Assembly: GCA_020137815.1 (NCBI GenBank)
Contig: CM035350.1
Location: forward strand, 10,044,001 to 10,108,000
Length of the DNA: 64,000 nt
Direction of reading: 5' to 3'
DNA from: Hormiphora californensis
Lineage: Eukaryota > Animalia > Ctenophora
This document shows positions 24,583 to 58,436 of this stretch, piece after piece (the first letter of the stretch is position 1; every line of letters begins with the position of its first letter). A program made the translations under genes and the position numbers. Below the pieces are notes generated by a model. That model was not told the origin of the DNA and made no database searches. It was given only the letters and a program-made list of their open reading frames with translations.

Positions 24583-24915
24583 GGGCGCGATTATAATCTG
24601 GGTGCCTTGCAGCGTGTTTACAGGTGCGCGCTGCCAAAAGAGTATACTTAGACCGACTTTTTTCAAACGGCTATAGCCACGCAACCACATGGCTAATTTG
24701 AGTAAACTAAACGGTAACTGATAGAGAATCGATAGCCCTAACCGATAACCCCAAACCAAACCCTAACCAGACCCTAACGGATAGCCCTAACCCGTCGCGC
24801 GCGCTAAAACTGCGAATTGTTAGCAATGAAAGGCACCCAGATTTTAACGTTTTCTTGGCAAACGTTGCTGGCCCCCGCAGCGCGGGATAAGGCAGCGCTT
24901 TTCAAAACGTTTTCC
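24583..24915 (-). mobile_element. Mutator-like MITE with telomere-like tract, containing a nested micro-transposon
   Basis: 9-bp TSD gtctgacag at 24574-24582 and 24916-24924. Near-identical to the 12546-12807 unit in reverse orientation. Confidence 0.85.
24855..24905 (-). mobile_element. 51-bp micro-transposon (TTG...CAA)
   Basis: 9-bp TSD aacgttttc at 24846-24854 and 24906-24914, inside the terminus of the host MITE. Confidence 0.8.
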
Positions 24916-26001
24916 GTCTGACAGGGCGGTAGAGACGAAGTTATTTTTATGGACAAGACCATTCGCGCGCGCGATATTCTGCACCGAAAGATTAGTTTAA
25001 TTCGCGCGTTCCATTCACGCCGGAATGTCATGACGCATCACAAAACATAATTTCCGAGGTTTCAAGTTGCAACTTTTCTGGAAAACGCGAACGTTAAAAT
25101 CTGGGTGTTTTCGCTTTTATATGTGTTTTCGCTTTTGAGTGTCGGCACTCACGATTTTTGGGGCTAGGCTAGCTGCTAGGGCTACGGTACGGTAAGGGGC
25201 CGAGGTTAGGGCTCGGGTTTTGGATGGGGTTAGGGCTTGAAAACTGAAATTTCCTATCAGATTCAGATCCATATAATAATTTCCAAAATGTTAGTCCGAT
25301 AATTGTTTTCTCCCTACTCCTCCTACAGTTTTTGAGCTAGACCCCTGAAAATTTGTACACTGGTACTTTGGACCAAGGCAGGTGTAAGTACGGGCTCAGA
25401 TTTTTGATCCGATCTTTACAACAGTGACGTCACGGGGTGACGTCATTGCGCCAAAAATACTTACATTTTTCAAACGCTTCTAAGACCCTGAAAACGGCTC
25501 TAAATCAAAAAACTAACGCAATAGTGGGGAAAGAGAATCGTTTGAACTTCATTTTACATGATAGCGATTTCCCGTAACTCAATGTTTAAGGGTCGTAAAT
25601 CGCGTCGGGAAAGTTAAAAATGCCAAAAATATGATATTTTTCACCGTAGCCACCCAAAATCTTATCCAATCGATATGAAACTTGGTCGTTATGTGAATTT
25701 TAATGTCCTTTGGCCAGGGGTTCCCGGAAAACGGATTGGCAAGATGAGAACTGACCGGAGTTCTTATAATTCTAAATTCACGAATTTGGAATTTTTCGTC
25801 GACTTTTTTTTGGCGAGGAAATTCAATACAATGAATTTTAAAATTTTACACTGCGCGCGTAACTCTAGGTTCCGCGCGCGGCGTAAAAAAGCAGCGCTTT
25901 TTTGGGAAAATTCGCGCGTTACAGTAAATGATTTACCCGCCTCGCCAAAATTGTAACGCGCTCCTACTATGAGACTCATTGCTCTAAGGGACAAACAAAT
26001 T

Positions 26002-26222
26002 ATAGTCGGATTTTTTGAAACTGTCACCCCCCTGAAATAACAAATTTGTCATATCTCCGGTTCCTGATAAGATAGAGACTTGAAATTTGGAGGTTCGGAA
26101 GAACTTAGCAAGATCTTTATAACCTCCAAATTTCAAGTCTCTATCTCATCAGGAACCGGACTTATGGTCATTTAAAGAAATTTGAAAACTCAGGGGGGTG
26201 ACAGTTTCAAAAAATCCGACTT
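26002..26222. mobile_element. Palindromic TA-flanked MITE
   Basis: TIR agtcggattttttgaaactgtcaccccc / gggggtgacagtttcaaaaaatccgact, plus an internal inverted repeat at ~26057-26095 and ~26121-26160. Confidence 0.8.
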
Positions 26223-26223
26223 T

Positions 26224-26612
26224 AATAAGGAACCATAATAAAGTTCAAGAGCCTCCAAGAGCACCCAAGAGCGTACCCGATCGAAGAGAGACCACACCTG
26301 AGAGCGCACCACACCCAAAAGAGACCACATCGAAGAGCGCACCACCTCCAGAAGACACCACTTCAAGAGCGCACCACATCAAAGAGAGCTCCCCATCCAG
26401 AAGATACCACGCGCAGGGGACACCACGCGCAGAAGAGACCAGCGCGGCGTTATATTTGCGCGTGCGGTCTCTTCTGCGCGTGGTGTCCCCTGCGCGCGGT
26501 ATCTTCTGGACGGGGAGCTCTCTTTGATGTGGTGCGCTCTTGAAGTGGTGTCTTTTGGAGGTGGTACGCTCTTGGATGGGGTACGCTCTTGAACTTTATT
26601 ATGGTTCCTTAT
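26224..26612. mobile_element. Foldback-like palindromic element with ~20-bp subrepeats
   Basis: Ends aataaggaaccataataaagttcaagagc / gctcttgaactttattatggttccttatt. Arms are complementary up to a ~25-nt loop near 26441-26465. Confidence 0.85.
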
Positions 26613-26702
26613 TTATCTTTTAAAAATCAAACACAAATGTCACCGGTTATATGAGGATAAATTACCATTTACCAGGTCACGGGTTCCCAGCAAACGGGTA
26701 CT

Positions 26703-26975
26703 CTAGTAGTTTAAATTGCACATATCCTGGATCCTCTTTGTGAATTTCCTTTGGATTGTCTCAACTTGTTGGATATCGGAGATTTTGGGAGAGTCCCAAA
26801 GTGGACAGCAGTACTCAAGCTTACTGCGTACAAGGCTTTTGTAGAGAATTAGCATTGTTCCCTTGGCTCTGGTCTTAAACGCCCGTAGAACCCACGCACT
26901 TATCCGCCTAGCATCAGAGGTCATTTTTCCGATTTGGTTTTCCCAAGACAGGGTATTTGACAACTGAATCCCTAG
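26703..26975 (-). mobile_element. CR1-like LINE fragment (region C-terminal to RT)
   Basis: LYKSLVRSKLEYCCPLWDSP..IQQVETIQRKFTKRI is typical of CR1 ORF2. Confidence 0.85.
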
Positions 26976-27184
26976 ATCTCGAACACATTCCTTTGGTTCG
27001 ATTTCTAGTAAAGTATAAACTTTGGATTAGCCAAAACGGTGTGGTGGTTTGAGCCATTTCAGTGCAGGCCGCAGAGTACTTTTTGGCAGTGTGCACCTGT
27101 AAACAGACCCGTAAACACCCAGATTGGAACGGCGCCCGTAAAGAATGTCGGGATTAAGATCTAAGTTCTAACCTCCTTGACGCC

Positions 27185-27372
27185 AGTTAACAGGTGCACA
27201 CTGCCAAAAATTACCCTGTGCCATGCTAATATTGCTAAATTGATCCTACCAGCTGCAACCAAAACACTCAACTGTTTTGCCTAAACCAAAGTTTATTTGA
27301 TAGGAAATTCCGAGCCCTAACCCCAGCCTTAACCCTACTTTAGCCCTAACCCTAAAAACCGTGAGTGCTGAC
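27185..27372 (-). mobile_element. Degenerate copy of the telomere-tract Mutator-like MITE
   Basis: acaggtgcacactgccaaaa ... ccctaaccctaaaaaccgt, matching the family in reverse. Confidence 0.65.
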
Positions 27373-27510
27373 ATTCTTCCCGATAAGATAGAAAACTAAT
27401 TCCGGTTGCGTTGGATTCGTCTCGATGAGGTGATTCAGAAAAAGCTCCGTTCAGTAGGGGGTTTCATGACCACAGTCAGTCTAACACAGATTCCTGTCAT
27501 AGCATGAGTC

Positions 27511-49114
<21,604 letters not shown>

Positions 49115-49132
<18 letters not shown>

Positions 49133-49470
49133 ATACTGGATTGTAACTGACATGTAGATACTGGACTGGGCAACTGACATGTAGAAAGGGACTGGATTGT
49201 AACTGTTATGTAGAAAGGGACTGGACTACTGATATGTAGAAAGGGACTGGACTACTGATATGTAGAAAGGGACTGGACTACTGATATGTAGGGACTGGAT
49301 TGTAACTGTTGTGTAGAAAGGGACTGGGCAATAAATGTAGAAAGGGACTGGGCAACTGATATGTAGAAAGGGACTGGACAACTGATATGTAGAAAGGACT
49401 GGATTGTAACTGATATGTAGAAAGGACTGGATTGTAACTGACATGTAGAAAGGGACTGGATAACTGTTGT
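49115..49470. repeat. Degenerate ~25-30 bp minisatellite starting at the stop codon of the PTPN13-like gene
   Basis: Units of gactgga...actga(c/t)atgtagaaagg. Confidence 0.85.
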
Positions 49471-49935
49471 ATAGTGTAGGGACCAGGAATACTGTAGGGA
49501 CAGATGGGATTATATGAGAAAACAGAGGGTACCTGGAGACAGCAGAAGGATAGTGATGCCTGAGTGACATGTGTGTGACAGTGACATGTGACCAAAAAGG
49601 GTAACAATGAACGATTACAAACCTCACAATTCACATGTGTCGTGTTTGACAAAAATGCTGCTTTTTACTATATTTCAAATGAACGAATGTAAATGTCTGA
49701 TTTCTGAAGTTTATTTTTTACAATCGCACAATTCAGTTAAAATCTCTCTGTTGTTATTTTCTTCCTTCCTGGTGTTGAAATGATCCACCTCACAATCTCA
49801 AATCTCGTCAATTGTTAAACTGAGTAGATGACCTGTCTTTCTCTCTCTCGTTATGGCAGACAACTGTTGCTACGGTGCGACAATTGAGATGAAAGGGAGA
49901 TAGAGATAGAAAGAGATAGATAGATAGATAGAGAG

Positions 49936-50004
<69 letters not shown>

Positions 50005-50725
50005 TTAGTTTGAGAAAAAGGTTGATTCTTCAAGAAAAACAACGTAACTAAAGAATATAGAAGATGGAGATAAAGAGAGAGATAGGGAGAAGGAAAGTAA
50101 GAAAGAGGAATCTGGAATACTTTGACAGGTTGTAAGTTACACTGGACCAACAATGTAATCATGCTCTGTGACCCTCTCATGCTAGTTGCTACACCGACCT
50201 ATTAGACGAGTATACTGTATAGCCCGATTCTTGACATTGTGTCATGGCGTACTCAGTCTTTTTAGAGGGGGGAGTAAGGCACTTTGTGAGAAAAAGAAAA
50301 CTGCACTGTTTTAGGGTTTTAAAAGGCTATCTTGGGAGGTATGTAACAACTGCTTATAAGTAAAAACTGTTTTCTCCTTTTATAAAACCGAATTTGCACC
50401 AAACCAAAAAGAGGACAATCAACTTTAATTAAATTCTCTCATTTTCTATTGTCTTCTTTTTGGTTATATGGGATGCACTTTAATAATATTTTGCGTATTT
50501 ATATAAAGTAAGAAACAGAATGAATTGTTAATATTTGAAAAAAACACTTTTCTCTCTTTCTCGTGGGAATTATAATAAACGGGGGTTTTGGAATGCCGTG
50601 GAAAACATATCAAAATACCTTCTCGTTATTGTGCAAATACACTCTCTCTCTCTTCTTTCACGGTGCTAAATAAACAGTATACTAGCGACGAAAACAAACC
50701 CAGCTTATCACACACACACACACAC

Positions 50726-50796
<71 letters not shown>

Positions 50797-51194
50797 CACA
50801 CACACACACACACACGCGTGTGTAAACGCTACATGTTGGAGCTACAAACACACAAACTCTCTTTCTTTCTCTCTCTCTCTCTATCTCTCTTTCTCTCTCT
50901 CTCTCTCTCTTTCTCTTTTCTCTCTCCCTTTCCTTTTCTCTCTCCCTTTCTCTCTCTTTCACAGTTCACTATCATTCCCTCAACAATATGCTATACTTCA
51001 TTTATTCAGTCTTTATCCGTATTGCTACTGAATCAAATCCCTCCTCTCTATCCGGACAGCGTGACGGCGGTAGTTCAATATTATACAGTTCACAAATAAT
51101 TTGGCGGGGAGTAACTATGGTAACCAATTAGTGTAACTATGGTAACCAATTAGTGTAACTATGGTAACCAATTAGTGTAACTATGGTAACCCCC

Positions 51195-53679
51195 TCACAT
51201 CCAGGTTGTATTAATATTTTCCCTGCTACCAGTTCCATTCCGTTTCACTGCGTATTGGTGATCGTTCAGGGCGCTCTTGCTAGCACATCCACTAAACACA
51301 GCCACGAAAATTGCCGTACCTGAAATACCAGGGAGAGGGGGATGTTAGGCTTCACAGTGCTGTAACAGTGGTGTTCTGTCATTGTACGTAGTATAGTGTT
51401 CGAGGGCCCTGTGCTGTGCTAGTATGTGAGGGCCCTACATGTGTGTGAGGGCGATTAGAACATTCTGAACAGTCATGCATGATGCAGTTATATGTTAAAA
51501 AGAGAGGGCTCCTATATTCCCTCACACACAGACACACACACAGTGATGGTATAACAATAGGTTTACACATGGCTGGCTGACACTCGGTCTGAAACCTCTC
51601 TAAACAATGAAAAACAAATTGGTGGGATTGTGATTGTTTGTCAGTCGGTCTGAGTATCCATGCAAACAGGGCACATGCGGTGGAGAGTAAGGGGGCTGCA
51701 GCAAAAAATCACGCACACAACTCGGGTAAAGAAAGGGAGGGGGCACACTCAGCTAATTTCGTGATTTTTTTTTGCACAAAAGGAAGAGGTGCGTACCTAA
51801 AAAAGAGAGAGGGACAAGGTGACGACACAGGGCCCCCTACATGTGTCTAAACGCTGCGTCTCTTCGTTGGTTCTTAGCTTTATACGCAGCAATTATGTTC
51901 AGCCCGGTTAGGAAGATGATAACACCTGGCAACGGGCAATGTGTGAGGAGTGTGGACAAAATGTGAGGAGTGTGGACAAATTGTGAGGAGTGTGGACAAA
52001 ATGTGAGGAATGTGGACAAATTGTGAGGAGTGTGGACAGAATGTGAAGAGTGTGGACAGAATGTGAGGAGTGTGGACACAATGTGAGGAGTGTGGACAGA
52101 ATGTGAGGAGTGTGGACAGAATGTGAGGAGTGTGAACAGAATGTGAGGAGTCTGGACAGAATGTGAGGAGTGTGGACAGAATGTGAGGAGTCTTGACAGA
52201 ATGTGAGGAGTGTGGACAGAATGTGAGGAGTGTGGACAGAATGTGAGGAGTGTGGAAAAAATGTGAGGAGTGTGGACAGAATGTGAGGAGTGTGGACAAA
52301 ATGTGAGGAGTGTGAACAGAATGTGAGGAGTACGGAACAAGTGATAAAAAGCCGGAGCCGTTTACTTTTTTCTGGAAAACATTCAGAACGATGGTGATAG
52401 AAACTTTGATTGGGAATGAAGGGGGTTATTTTATGCGGAGCAAGCCCAAATAGCCGAGACTCATACAACCCGATATAGCGCAAGCTGTAATAATCGTACA
52501 CACTCACACACACACGCACATAGAAAGAAGAGAATCTCACTACGCATGCTCACTTATTCACACACACACAATATCATACACAACTTACATGCTGTAGCGA
52601 CAGCTCCGTAGATAGCCCAGGATAGTTGGCAGATTCCAAGACTAAAGGCGGCGAATTTAGTTCCAGTGTCGGAGGGGTTTGTGCAGAATTCATTCAGGGT
52701 AGAGTTGGTATGCCATGTAGCACAGAACATTATTATCGCAGCAGTTAGGCACAGAGCTGAAAAGGGAAGGGGTTAGGGAATGGGTTTGAAGAAGAGGGTT
52801 GTCAGACATGAGGGGTCGAGAGAGTTTGATATCATACTGTGTCAGTGTTGTAGTAGATAATAGTAAGGTAATTTAGGAAGTGATTTGGTTTTGTTTGTAC
52901 AAAGGGCCAAAATTAGTATTGACTGCTTTTGTAGTAGTGGTATTGTTGATCTTTATTGAGGTCTCTCTCAACACAGTACACTATAATGTGTGCAGCAGTA
53001 CTTCAATACAGATACTCAGAGTCTGAGTCTTAGAGAGTGAAAAAAGAAGGATATCTCAGATATCTTTGGATCAGGCCTACACTGGAAATATATGTAAAAA
53101 AACCCAGTAAGGTAGGAGCACAGATGGAACTCCCTGTCTATAATGGGTATGTACGCAGTGATGCCCAAATATGGGCATGTACGTGATGCCCAAATATGGT
53201 CAATTTACCTGCTAGAATGTTCCACACGACCATCATGATGAGCATGGTTCCCTGGCTCTTGATAGCAACACACTCAGTAACGGTGATGTTCCACAGAGAG
53301 ATCAGGATAAATAGCATTCCTGTGGAGGGAGGAATATTAGGGGATGGGAGAAAGGAGTATTAGGAAATGGGATGTTGGGTGGGACAATTCCTGGAGTTGT
53401 AAAAGGGTTGATTTTGAGGAGAAATACTGGTTGAACAGCTAATTTTCATAAAACTAGTTTGTGATATAACCCAATATGAAGCTTGCCGAGATCTCTTCAG
53501 CAGTGTAACAGCAGGAAACGCAATAACTATTCGGTGTGGTAGCTGGCCTAATATATTATTACAACTATTATTACTTTATATTACTACTTTTACTACTTTT
53601 CTGTGTGACAGTGTGTAGGGTGATGAGTGTTGTTGGGCGTGGAGGAGTGTGTGGGTTAGAAAGAAGAGAGAGAGAGAGA

Positions 53680-53749
<70 letters not shown>

Positions 53750-54934
53750 GTACATTCTGTATACATGTATGGAGAAGGAGTATGAGAGAGAGAATTAATT
53801 AACATGAGTATGTCAAAATGTTTCCCCCTGCTTGAGATTGATATGCAAGAAGAGGTAGTGAAGGAAAAGGATAGCTCATAGAGAACACAGGAGAGAGAGG
53901 TAAAATGGGGATAAATATAGTCACAGTGAGATTGCACATAAACAAAGAAAGTTGTGAAGAAGAAGAGAAGTATGTGTGTGCCCAGAAGAAGTAACCTAAA
54001 AATGAATGTTTTCTCTCTCTCTTACCAGAAGCGTAGATGATCATGATGGCCTTTTCTTCCATTTTATTCCACTGATTCCAGTTTGTATTAAAACTCCAGG
54101 TGTATTTAGTATAACTGGTTCTGGGGGAGATGGTAGTTTAGTTTCATCTAGGGTTTACAGATGTCGTGTTTACAGTTTCCTTTTTAATTAGTAACTCCCC
54201 TAACTAATTATCCTAATTACCCGTTTTCGTCGGTTTCGGTATCAACAAGATCACCTCCGCTGCTAATAAGACCGTAGCTATACGTTTTATAGTCCTGGTA
54301 TTTGGCTGCATCACTGGTCTGAAGAGGAAGAAGGGTTAGAGATGTAGATACTGGTCTGGGAATGAGGATGGTTAGAGATGTAATATGTAGTAAAGGGTAG
54401 ATCGATGTGATATACCTAGTATGTTGAGAGTTAGTAGGAGTGACATACAGTTATTAGTGATCCGATTTCAGTAAAAATAATGACGTAACGACTAACACCG
54501 GATCAGCCTATCTCTCCCTCCCTCCCTCCCTCTAGTCTTTATAGCTCTATACTACCTCTCTAACTCTTTACCTATCTGTAGGGAAATCAAACAGCGTGTG
54601 TAACACGGATATTGGATACGGTACCTCACCCTCTTACTAATATAATTCCCACATCCCACAGCTATTCTCTTCCTCAACACGCCTAATATTCTCATAATAT
54701 GGCTTGTTATTTACATGGCCTCTCTCTCTTATTACATCCTAACAAAACAAAACATTCATTCCCCCTTCCTTACCTTGATGTCTCCCTCCAACACATTCCC
54801 CTTACCTTGATGTCTCTCTCCAGCCAGGCGGGTGAGATGAGGGCCAGGGAGCCCATTAGGAAGGCTAGGAAGGTAAGGAGTCCGATAGTGAACCTCAGAC
54901 ATGGGAAATACCTGCAACACGTTCCACAACCCAT
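51195..54934 (-). CDS. LHFPL/claudin-superfamily tetraspan membrane protein; exons 54934-54806, 54318-54221, 54120-54026, 53319-53209, 52756-52589, then 51925-51837 or 51319-51195
   Basis: Four hydrophobic segments; SPAWL after TM1; YGL; C...FSLGICQLSWAIY in the second loop (LHFPL-like). All splice phases are consistent. Confidence 0.8.
51938..52337. repeat. 20-bp minisatellite ~x20 (aatgtgaggagtgtggacag), intronic
   Basis: Seen directly. Confidence 0.95.
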
Positions 54935-54961
54935 GGTGCTACACGAGGGGGAACGGGGGTT

Positions 54962-54995
<34 letters not shown>

Positions 54996-55137
54996 CACAA
55001 TTTCAAAAAGGGGCTTCTCCTGAATATATTCAAACGTGGTAAAAATGTATAAAACGGAAACACAGTAGAAATTGTAGCAATAAAACTTTCCCAGGGTTAA
55101 AACATTAAGCAAGCAACAAGACAAAGAGAGAGATGCA

Positions 55138-56089
55138 TTACAGGCACGTGATGCCAACATCAGCCATTATTTTAGAAAGTGCCCCCTTCTGTTCACCAGA
55201 TAGAGGTTGAATTGGAGACCTAGAGGGACCTCCATAAAGCCCCACTGCATCGCAGACATACTTCAATCCCGCAATACCAAACTGAGCAGTAACAGGCAGT
55301 GTTGGGTGCAATTAGTCGATACTGCAGCTCCAGGGATTCATCAACTCCAGTAACCAGCTGATCATGCAACTTACAAACTTCATCACCCATCACATTAGCA
55401 AGTGCTGCTACTGCCCCCACAGCACCAACACTGTAACTAGCTTTCATAAAACTAGCAGATCCCGCCAAGATCTGGAAATCTTTCCCACTCGTCAAGTGAG
55501 CTATCTGTCCAATTCTCACCACGCTACCACCACTCTCCTTAACCCCAATAACATTATCGTGCGCAGCAAGGTCGGCAATAACCGGTACAGGCATATCTAA
55601 CCCGGTATTACCAGGCACATTATACAGAATTACAGGGATAGGGGAGGCATCAGCGACCCGTGTAAAATGCTCTTTAAATGCAGTTCCTGACATGGATCCT
55701 TTGTAGAAACAGGGAGTGTAAATTAGAGCAGTAGTTGCCCCTGCCTTGGCTATCTCACTAACACATTCAATGGTTAGCTTGGTACTCTCTGCTCCGGCCC
55801 CTCCAATGATAATTTTCTCCGTGTCCTCTTCTCGAACGGTTTCCACCAATTTACACTTTTCAGCCAGGGACAAGTACTGGAACTCTCCATTGCTGCCCAG
55901 AACAGTGTAGCCCAGATATGGTTTCTTCTTCCAAATACTCATGTTGCCCCTCAATTTGGCTAGATCTAACTCCTCTGAGGAATCGAAGGGGGTCGGGATG
56001 GGAGGGAAAACGCCTGACAAGCTGACCCTAGTTGACATTGTTCGGGCGAAGAACGATGCAGCAGTATGCATCCGAGTAATTCGTAACAT
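55138..56089 (-). CDS. HOGA1: Mitochondrial 4-hydroxy-2-oxoglutarate aldolase (DHDPS-like); 1-bp frameshift at ~55295
   Basis: GVFPPIPTPF, LGSNGEF, ILYNVPGNTG, GVKESGG, LAGSA and a presequence-like N-terminus. The shifted frame continues VTAQFGIAGLK..GLYGGPSRSP to a stop at 55138. Confidence 0.92.
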
Positions 56090-56478
56090 ATTCTAAAATG
56101 CTTGAACTGATGAAAACTACTTATTTATGCAACAAGTTACTGGTTACAGGCGTAGACTCGGAAAATTAAAAAAATTGAGCGTGGTGCACCAAAAAAAATT
56201 AAAAATCTCAAACTCAGAAGAAATGTCTTTTGATCTTGCGCGCTTGAGCGCGCGTAGTTGGCAACGAAGAAAAATTAAATTTGTGCGTTACATTTTAAGC
56301 CGATCGCCCACGCCAATTGCAATTTCAGTTTTGCAAAATCTCGGAGATTCAGATCTCAAGAAAAAGTTCCGACGGGCCGTCTCCCGAAACGCTCTCAGTC
56401 CAGATTCCGGAGTCCCCTGACCCCCGTAGAACCTATTTGTAGAGGGTGACACGCCCCTTGAAGATAGCTGCCACCCTT

Positions 56479-56874
56479 GGCCAGCGTTAAAATCTGGGTG
56501 TTTGGAGTGTCAGCACCCACGGTTTTTAGGGTTAGAGCCAAAGAAGGGTTAGGGTTGATGTTTGGGTTGGGGTTAGGCCTTGACATTCCTATCAGATAAA
56601 CTTTGGATTGGCTAAAACGGTTGAGTGGTTTAGCGGGTAAAGTCCATTTTTTTTCAACTGTTCACCCAAAAACTGAAATTTAATAAAAATTAGAATTTGG
56701 GTGGCGCGCGCTATACGTTAACATGTGATAAACGCGCAAAACAATTCCGCGCACGACTTTGGGGGGTGAACAGTTGAAAAAAAATGGAGTATAGAGCCAT
56801 TTTAGTGCAGGGTACTTTTTTGGTAGCGCACACCTGTAAACAGGCCACGAAACACCCAGATCGTAACGGCGCCC
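56479..56874 (+). mobile_element. Mutator-like MITE with telomere-like tract and a nested IR-bounded insert (~56640-56790)
   Basis: 9-bp TSD gccaccctt at 56470-56478 and 56875-56883. Same termini as the 22839 copy. Nested inverted repeat tccattttttttcaactgttcaccc / gggtgaacagttgaaaaaaaatgga. Confidence 0.88.
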
Positions 56875-57579
56875 GCCACCCTTACCCGGACGCACCTAGA
56901 CCCGCTGACCTAACTTAACAACTCTAGGTTCGCAGTTTGCACCTGCTAGGATTTATCAATTCAGATCACTCATGAAGTATGAACGCTGATTATTGCACCC
57001 TAAAAACCGGGTTCGGCTGTAGGGCAGAGCCGCGAGGCGCGAGCAGTGTCTAGGCGAAAATTTAAGGTGCAAATTCTTCATGAACTGCCATGCCCAAAAC
57101 CCTGGCTACGCCACTGTCCAGGGTCTGCAAGCCCCTGAAAATTGTAAAAATCTGAGAATGCTTGAAAAGAGGAAACTAAAATTTTCCGTAAATGTTCGCA
57201 GAAATCTCTTAGTCCAGCACTTCCACACCATTGCATTTAGTTTATAATAACGGCTGATACCACCAACCCTAAACTCAGATCTACAGGATCTATGCAGGAA
57301 TAAAAATCTACTAACAACCCCCCTGTGCTATAGATTTTATTATGGGTACTACAATGGAGTGAGAAGCGAGCTGTCTTATGTGATTCACTGATTTAACATG
57401 CCTAAGAAATCAATGTAGGTTATCACTTATCAGTCCTGTATTTTCATATTGTTTAATTCAATGTGCACGTTGCCAGCCCAGTATTTTGTTTAAAACTTTT
57501 CTAAATCTTACCTTTATAAACTCTTTTCAGAAAAGGAAAAAAGAAGAATGGAGGAAAGTCAAAGAAGGGACCCAAATCA

Positions 57580-58399
57580 GTGAGTAACTCCCCCCTCCTT
57601 CCCCCCCCCTCCTTCCCCCCCCCCCTCCCCTCCCTCCCCACCGCTCCCCCCCTCCCTTCCACCCTCCAGAGTAGTTTTACACCCTGTGTCCTAGCATGAT
57701 GAAATACTTGACTAGCTTGACAGAAAATATGTGTTCTAATAAACATAGACCTTCCCTCTATCTCTGTCATTTCTTCATCTCTAAGCCCACCCCCTCTTCC
57801 ATTGTAATGGGTTGAGGGTGGGGGGATGTTGTCTAGGGTAAATTGGGGCAATTTGGGGGGGAACTGCCCCCGGGGGAGGACCCCGAGAAGGGAAACAGGC
57901 CCGAAGGGGAAACAAAAAAAAAAAAAAACCCCCCCCCCCCCCCCCTTTTTTTTAAAAAAAGGGGGGGGAAGTGAAGGCGGCCGCGAAAACAAAGGAAACG
58001 CGGGCCCCCTTTTCCCCCCCCACCCGGGAAATGGGAGCCTCTTCCCCTTCTCATTTCTTCGTCTCTTCCCCTTTGCGTACTGGGGAAAGGGAGAGGTAAG
58101 AGTCTAACAAATATCTATATCTCGCTTTTATCTTTTACTTCTATCTTCTCTCTCTCGACTCTCTCTCCCCTCTCTGCGTGTCATTAAAATCTCAGATGGG
58201 GGAAAATACGGGGTTAAAAATGGTTGTACTAGGATCTTTGTATCTTTTACGTTTTAAACTATATGACAACGACGGTTTTTTCCTTTTTTTTTTGTTTTGG
58301 GGGGAGCCCCTGGGGTTTTTTTTTTTTTGAATTTCTTTATTATGCCCAAAAAAAAAAAAGGGGGGGGAAGGGGGGGGAAAAAGGGGGGGCGGGGGGGGG

Positions 58400-58436
<37 letters not shown>

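Larger units (their letters stand above)
23790..24940. repeat. Purine-rich ~150-180 bp tandem repeat array, interrupted at its right end by a Mutator-like insertion
   Basis: The unit ...gacctggatcaaagggacggtagcc(c/t)ggaacagagggtatcagaggagagctggaacgagg... occurs at 24176, 24355 and 24498, with degenerate copies to the left. The unit sequence resumes at 24916. Confidence 0.75.
25087..27137 (+). mobile_element. Mutator-like MITE split by nested insertions (left half ~25087-25261, right half ~27015-27137)
   Basis: The left half ends cctatcaga and the right half resumes taaactttgg; these are contiguous in the intact copy at 56586-56606. No TSD identified. Confidence 0.65.

Noticed and set aside
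55138-56089. Bacterial dapA acquired by horizontal transfer
   Set aside because: The motifs (GSNGE, KESGG, LAGSA) and presequence fit animal HOGA1, and intronless host genes are common in this window.
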